64,000 nt of DNA from an uncultured Nitrososphaerales archaeon (GTDB lineage Archaea > Thermoproteota > Nitrososphaeria > Nitrososphaerales > Nitrososphaeraceae): assembly GCA_963695855.1 (NCBI GenBank), contig CAVOHZ010000010.1, positions 1,088,001 through 1,152,000 on the forward strand, in the 5' to 3' direction. The translations under genes and the position numbers were made by a program. Shown piece by piece: positions 60,796 through 64,000 of the stretch. The notes below the pieces were generated by a model that ran no database searches, was not told the origin of the DNA, and saw only the letters and a list, made by a program, of their open reading frames with translations. Each line of letters begins with the position of its first letter. The stretch's first letter is position 1.

Positions 60796-61074
60796 GCTAG
60801 CAATTGATCTAATCCAAATCACAAACGAAAAATGAATAGACCAAACGTCTGAAAGACGTTTAGGTATTTTGATAATAATGAAGAATGGTTTTTGGACAGT
60901 CATATTTTTGGGAATGAGAATAGAAAATTTAACGCCTAAGTGGCGTTTTGTCTTTCATTATTCCCAACATACCTAGAATTTAACGATACTCTTAATGGAT
61001 TTTCAAACGTTTCGTATTTTTCATGATTCAGATGACTATCATACAATAATCATCTTAAATAATTTCTGTTAACC

Positions 61075-61236
61075 ATGCCTATGAAATATAAAAAATTAAT
61101 TAATATCTCAATCTCCTATGAGAACTACAATACTCTCAGAAGACTAGGAAACACGGGTGATTCATTCAATGATGTTCTATCTAGAATATGGAAAAAAGGA
61201 GAGAATAACGGATGTCTAAGGAAGAAATTAGAATAA
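61075..61236 (+). CDS. Small RHH/antitoxin-like DNA-binding protein (53 aa, absent from the ORF track)
   Basis: MPMKYKKLINISISYENYNTLRRLGNTGDSFNDVLSRIW. Confidence 0.75.
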   Translation: MPMKYKKLINISISYENYNTLRRLGNTGDSFNDVLSRIWKKGENNGCLRKKLE

Positions 61237-61415
61237 ATGCTTTACCAAAACCGGTTAAAAGACTTTGGAAAATTAGTTCGATATGTCTTGTATCAATTGA
61301 CGCATCAATAGTAGAGAAACTTGGTTTAAGCGAAGATAATACGCTTTTTGAGCAAGAAATAACAGATGAGGGGATTCTTATGAGAATAAAACATGTTGAG
61401 GGCTATTTGAAATGA
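61212..61415 (+). CDS. AbrB/SpoVT-like DNA-binding protein
   Basis: LWKISSICLVSIDASIVEKLGL....FEQEITDEGILMR swapped-hairpin pattern. Confidence 0.7.
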   Translation: MSKEEIRINALPKPVKRLWKISSICLVSIDASIVEKLGLSEDNTLFEQEITDEGILMRIKHVEGYLK

Positions 61416-61876
61416 GTTTACAAGATAATATCTTTCAAGTTCGATATACTCAATCTGGTTTAATAGACAAAATAAAAAAAGAACTTGCCATCGTAAAATT
61501 TGATGTCGAGAAATACAACAAAGAGATTGAAAAAAACAAGAAAAACAGACCTTCGAATTGGTGCTATTATGATTACAATCTAGAACTAGAATTTTCAGAA
61601 AACCCTAAAATTTCATTTGATATTGATGATAGATGGTATTATTACAAAGCCTATCATTATCAGAAACTTGGATTATTCTTACGCAAAGATATTCCTCCAT
61701 TCAAAGTGAATCTTTTACATCTATCTCCAGATATGATTTATGAATTAATTCAACTTGATAAAAGCGACAGAAGATTTTTTTTAAAGCAGGCAGTTAGTCG
61801 TATATTTGAAGACATTAATTTTGATCTTTACCATGATTCGATTTCTTTAAATTTGGAGATAATACTTGTAAAATGA
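61412..61876 (+). CDS. Hypothetical protein
   Basis: 154 aa; ATGA overlap with the upstream stop (translational coupling). Confidence 0.65.
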   Translation: MSLQDNIFQVRYTQSGLIDKIKKELAIVKFDVEKYNKEIEKNKKNRPSNWCYYDYNLELEFSENPKISFDIDDRWYYYKAYHYQKLGLFLRKDIPPFKVNLLHLSPDMIYELIQLDKSDRRFFLKQAVSRIFEDINFDLYHDSISLNLEIILVK

Positions 61877-62018
61877 CCTGCAATTTAGACCACCAGAATT
61901 CCGATTTACTGCTCAGAACATACTTGCTTATTGAATGAGTGAAGCAACAATTTTGGTTAAAATAAAAACTTTATCAAAAAAGAATATTTATTAATATTCT
62001 GATTCAATTTTTGTTCAA

Positions 62019-63744
62019 ATGTCCTTAAATAATCCTATAATCTTCTTTATGGGTGCTGGAGCATCGGTTCCGGCAGGATTAAGAACGGTCGTACCAACTA
62101 ACCGATTATTTTAAACAGTATTGGTTAATACAAAAAAATCCGAATCAAAATTACTTAGGTATCGTTGACAAAGTAATCGAAAAAATTAAAGATTTTAGAA
62201 ATAACGATACCAATCAAATAACAGAAAACGCAGATAATTACTGTGTAGATATAGAGACATTATTAGAAACTGTCGAAAGACTAGAGGATTATAATAGAGA
62301 TATAATTTCAGTATTTGTCAATAAAGGTACTCTAATTTTTAATGAAGATCAAATTAAAATATTAAAAAATAAAGAATTGTCGAAGGAAATAAAGAAGTTT
62401 ATTAAAACCACATTTATAGATGATATGAAAGGTATAGATTATTTATATCCTTTAACATTGTTTACGGATGTTAAACCTTTAAACATATTTTCTACAAATT
62501 ATGACCTAACTATTGAAAGATTATGCTTCTTAAAAAACATAGGTTATACCGATGGATTCGATCCATATTGGAATAAGGATTTATTTCTAGAGTCAGGGAA
62601 AAATAAGGAGGTCAATATATTAAAATTACATGGATCAGTAAATTGGTATAGAACCGAATTAGGAGATTACTTTAGTATACCAATTCAATCTAAAGATATG
62701 GATATACAATTTGTATCTGGTGAAAAGGGAATTCCTCTTATTCTTTATCCAGGTACTAAACTACGGTATATTGAACCAGTACTAGAAATACTGACAATTC
62801 TAAGAGAAAGTCTTTTAAAGGCAAAATCTTGTTTTGTGGTAGGTTATTCATTTAAGGATGATCATATTACAAAATTATTCAAATATGCTGCACGAATAAA
62901 CAGGAATCTAATTTTATTTTTCATTTCGCCATCTGCTCATGAAATCTATTATGAGAAACTAAAAAGACACACAGATGAAGAATTTATACATGGATTTACA
63001 CATGAAGGATTTTCACCAAGGTTCAATATTGACCGTCCTTCTGAACTAGAAGGACGAGTAATATGTCTACCTTACAGATTCCAAAAAATATTCCCCAAAT
63101 TAAAAAAATATTATGAGAACTTACAGATTGGATTAAATTTAGAAAGTATAATTTATGATAAAAAGGAATCAGGAAAATTTTTTGAATTGAATGAATTATA
63201 TAATCTTGATAGTTCAAAAGAAAATTCTCCTTTAGATGAATCTTCAGAATATATAACAGTAGTAGATTGTTTAAGGTTTTTCATGGAATGCGAATATTTC
63301 GAAAAATGCCAGAAAATTATAGATGATTGCGGCGGTTGGAATGAAATTATGATTAAAGACCCAAAGATTACTCTCGAGTTACTTTTAAAATTTACACTTA
63401 ACTATAAGCATTATTCGAATCACAAATATTTTGATATATTAAAGGATTATTTAGAATTGAGAAATGAGAAACTAACTTTTGATATAAAACCAGATTCTAT
63501 AGTAACATATTTTAACATTAATTATAAAGGCAGACCAATAATAGGGTCTGGTTCTTATGATTTATTTTCATCACTTTTAGAAATAATTCACAAATCTCTT
63601 GAAATTTCCAGTGAAAATACTTTGGAAATTGAAGGAATGATTAACAATTGGAGAAAAATTTTCAGAAAATGGGAAAATTCTTCTATTAATATTTTTGAGT
63701 ACATGAAAAATTATATTCCAGAAGAATATTCAAGAACATTTTAA
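62019..63744 (+). CDS. SIR2-family protein, putative NADase defence effector; +1 frameshift near 62094
   Basis: MSLNNPIIFFMGAGASVPAG at 62019; removing one C at 62094 joins an open frame with STNYD, LKLHGSVNW, VGYSFKDDHI and a long helical C-terminus. Confidence 0.85.
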
Positions 63745-64000
63745 TTCTCTGTTAACAGATAAGAAGTTACGATGAAGTAAAAAAGTTGATTGGTAGAAAT
63801 GAAATAATTAATTTTTAAAAATAATAATTAGAAAGTATATGAATGTTAAGAATTTATTTGCTCTATTGTTTTATAACATTTTACGAATCAATCAAAGTAT
63901 CGGGCTCAATTCTGTCCCTCTGGTGGGAATCGTCCACTATCAGAATCTTTACATCTACTATGCAATAAAAATAAGCGTATTTGAAATCAACAAAACCTTA

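Larger units (their letters stand above)
59427..64000 (+). mobile_element. tRNA-Arg-associated integrative element (left part; probably continues past the window)
   Basis: Integrase starts 58 bp after the tRNA; RHH, AbrB and SIR2 cargo; no duplicated tRNA 3' end seen in the window. Confidence 0.8.

Noticed and set aside
63901-63907. CGGGCTC as attR of the tRNA-Arg element
   Set aside because: Only 7 bp and in inverted orientation; attR should be a longer direct repeat of the tRNA 3' end

Overview
AT-rich archaeal chromosome segment. Gene content points to an ammonia-oxidising Nitrososphaerota (Thaumarchaeota) genome, probably Nitrososphaeraceae and Ca. Nitrosocosmicus-like; this is an inference from pelota, two CdvB/ESCRT-III paralogues, PAC2, F420H2:NADP oxidoreductase and a cupredoxin-based heme-copper oxidase operon. 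Most of the window is housekeeping: cutA, pelota, nth, sat-cysH, pyrDK, cbtBA, ileS, nnrD, the cox operon, htpX and an aminotransferase. There are two mobile regions. The first is a decayed virus-like element at about 18.7-21.7 kb, with an integrase fragment, a replication-gene tail carrying inverted 9-bp-phased iterons, and pseudogenised terminase genes. The second is the left part of an integrative element next to tRNA-Arg(TCG), from 59.35 kb to the window end, with an intact tyrosine integrase, RHH and AbrB regulators and a large SIR2-domain putative defence protein. The most notable observations are a 297-bp perfectly identical cupredoxin-domain repeat shared by CoxB and a separate blue-copper gene and flanking coxA; an SDR carrying the malonyl-CoA-reductase YxxRxxY signature; a SelD-like protein lacking its catalytic motif, divergent from cysH-sat with an 11-bp palindrome between them; and a candidate pseudoknotted RNA near 27.0 kb. 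Three genes show +1 frameshifts that may be sequencing errors. All calls come from reading motifs by eye; no database searches were run.
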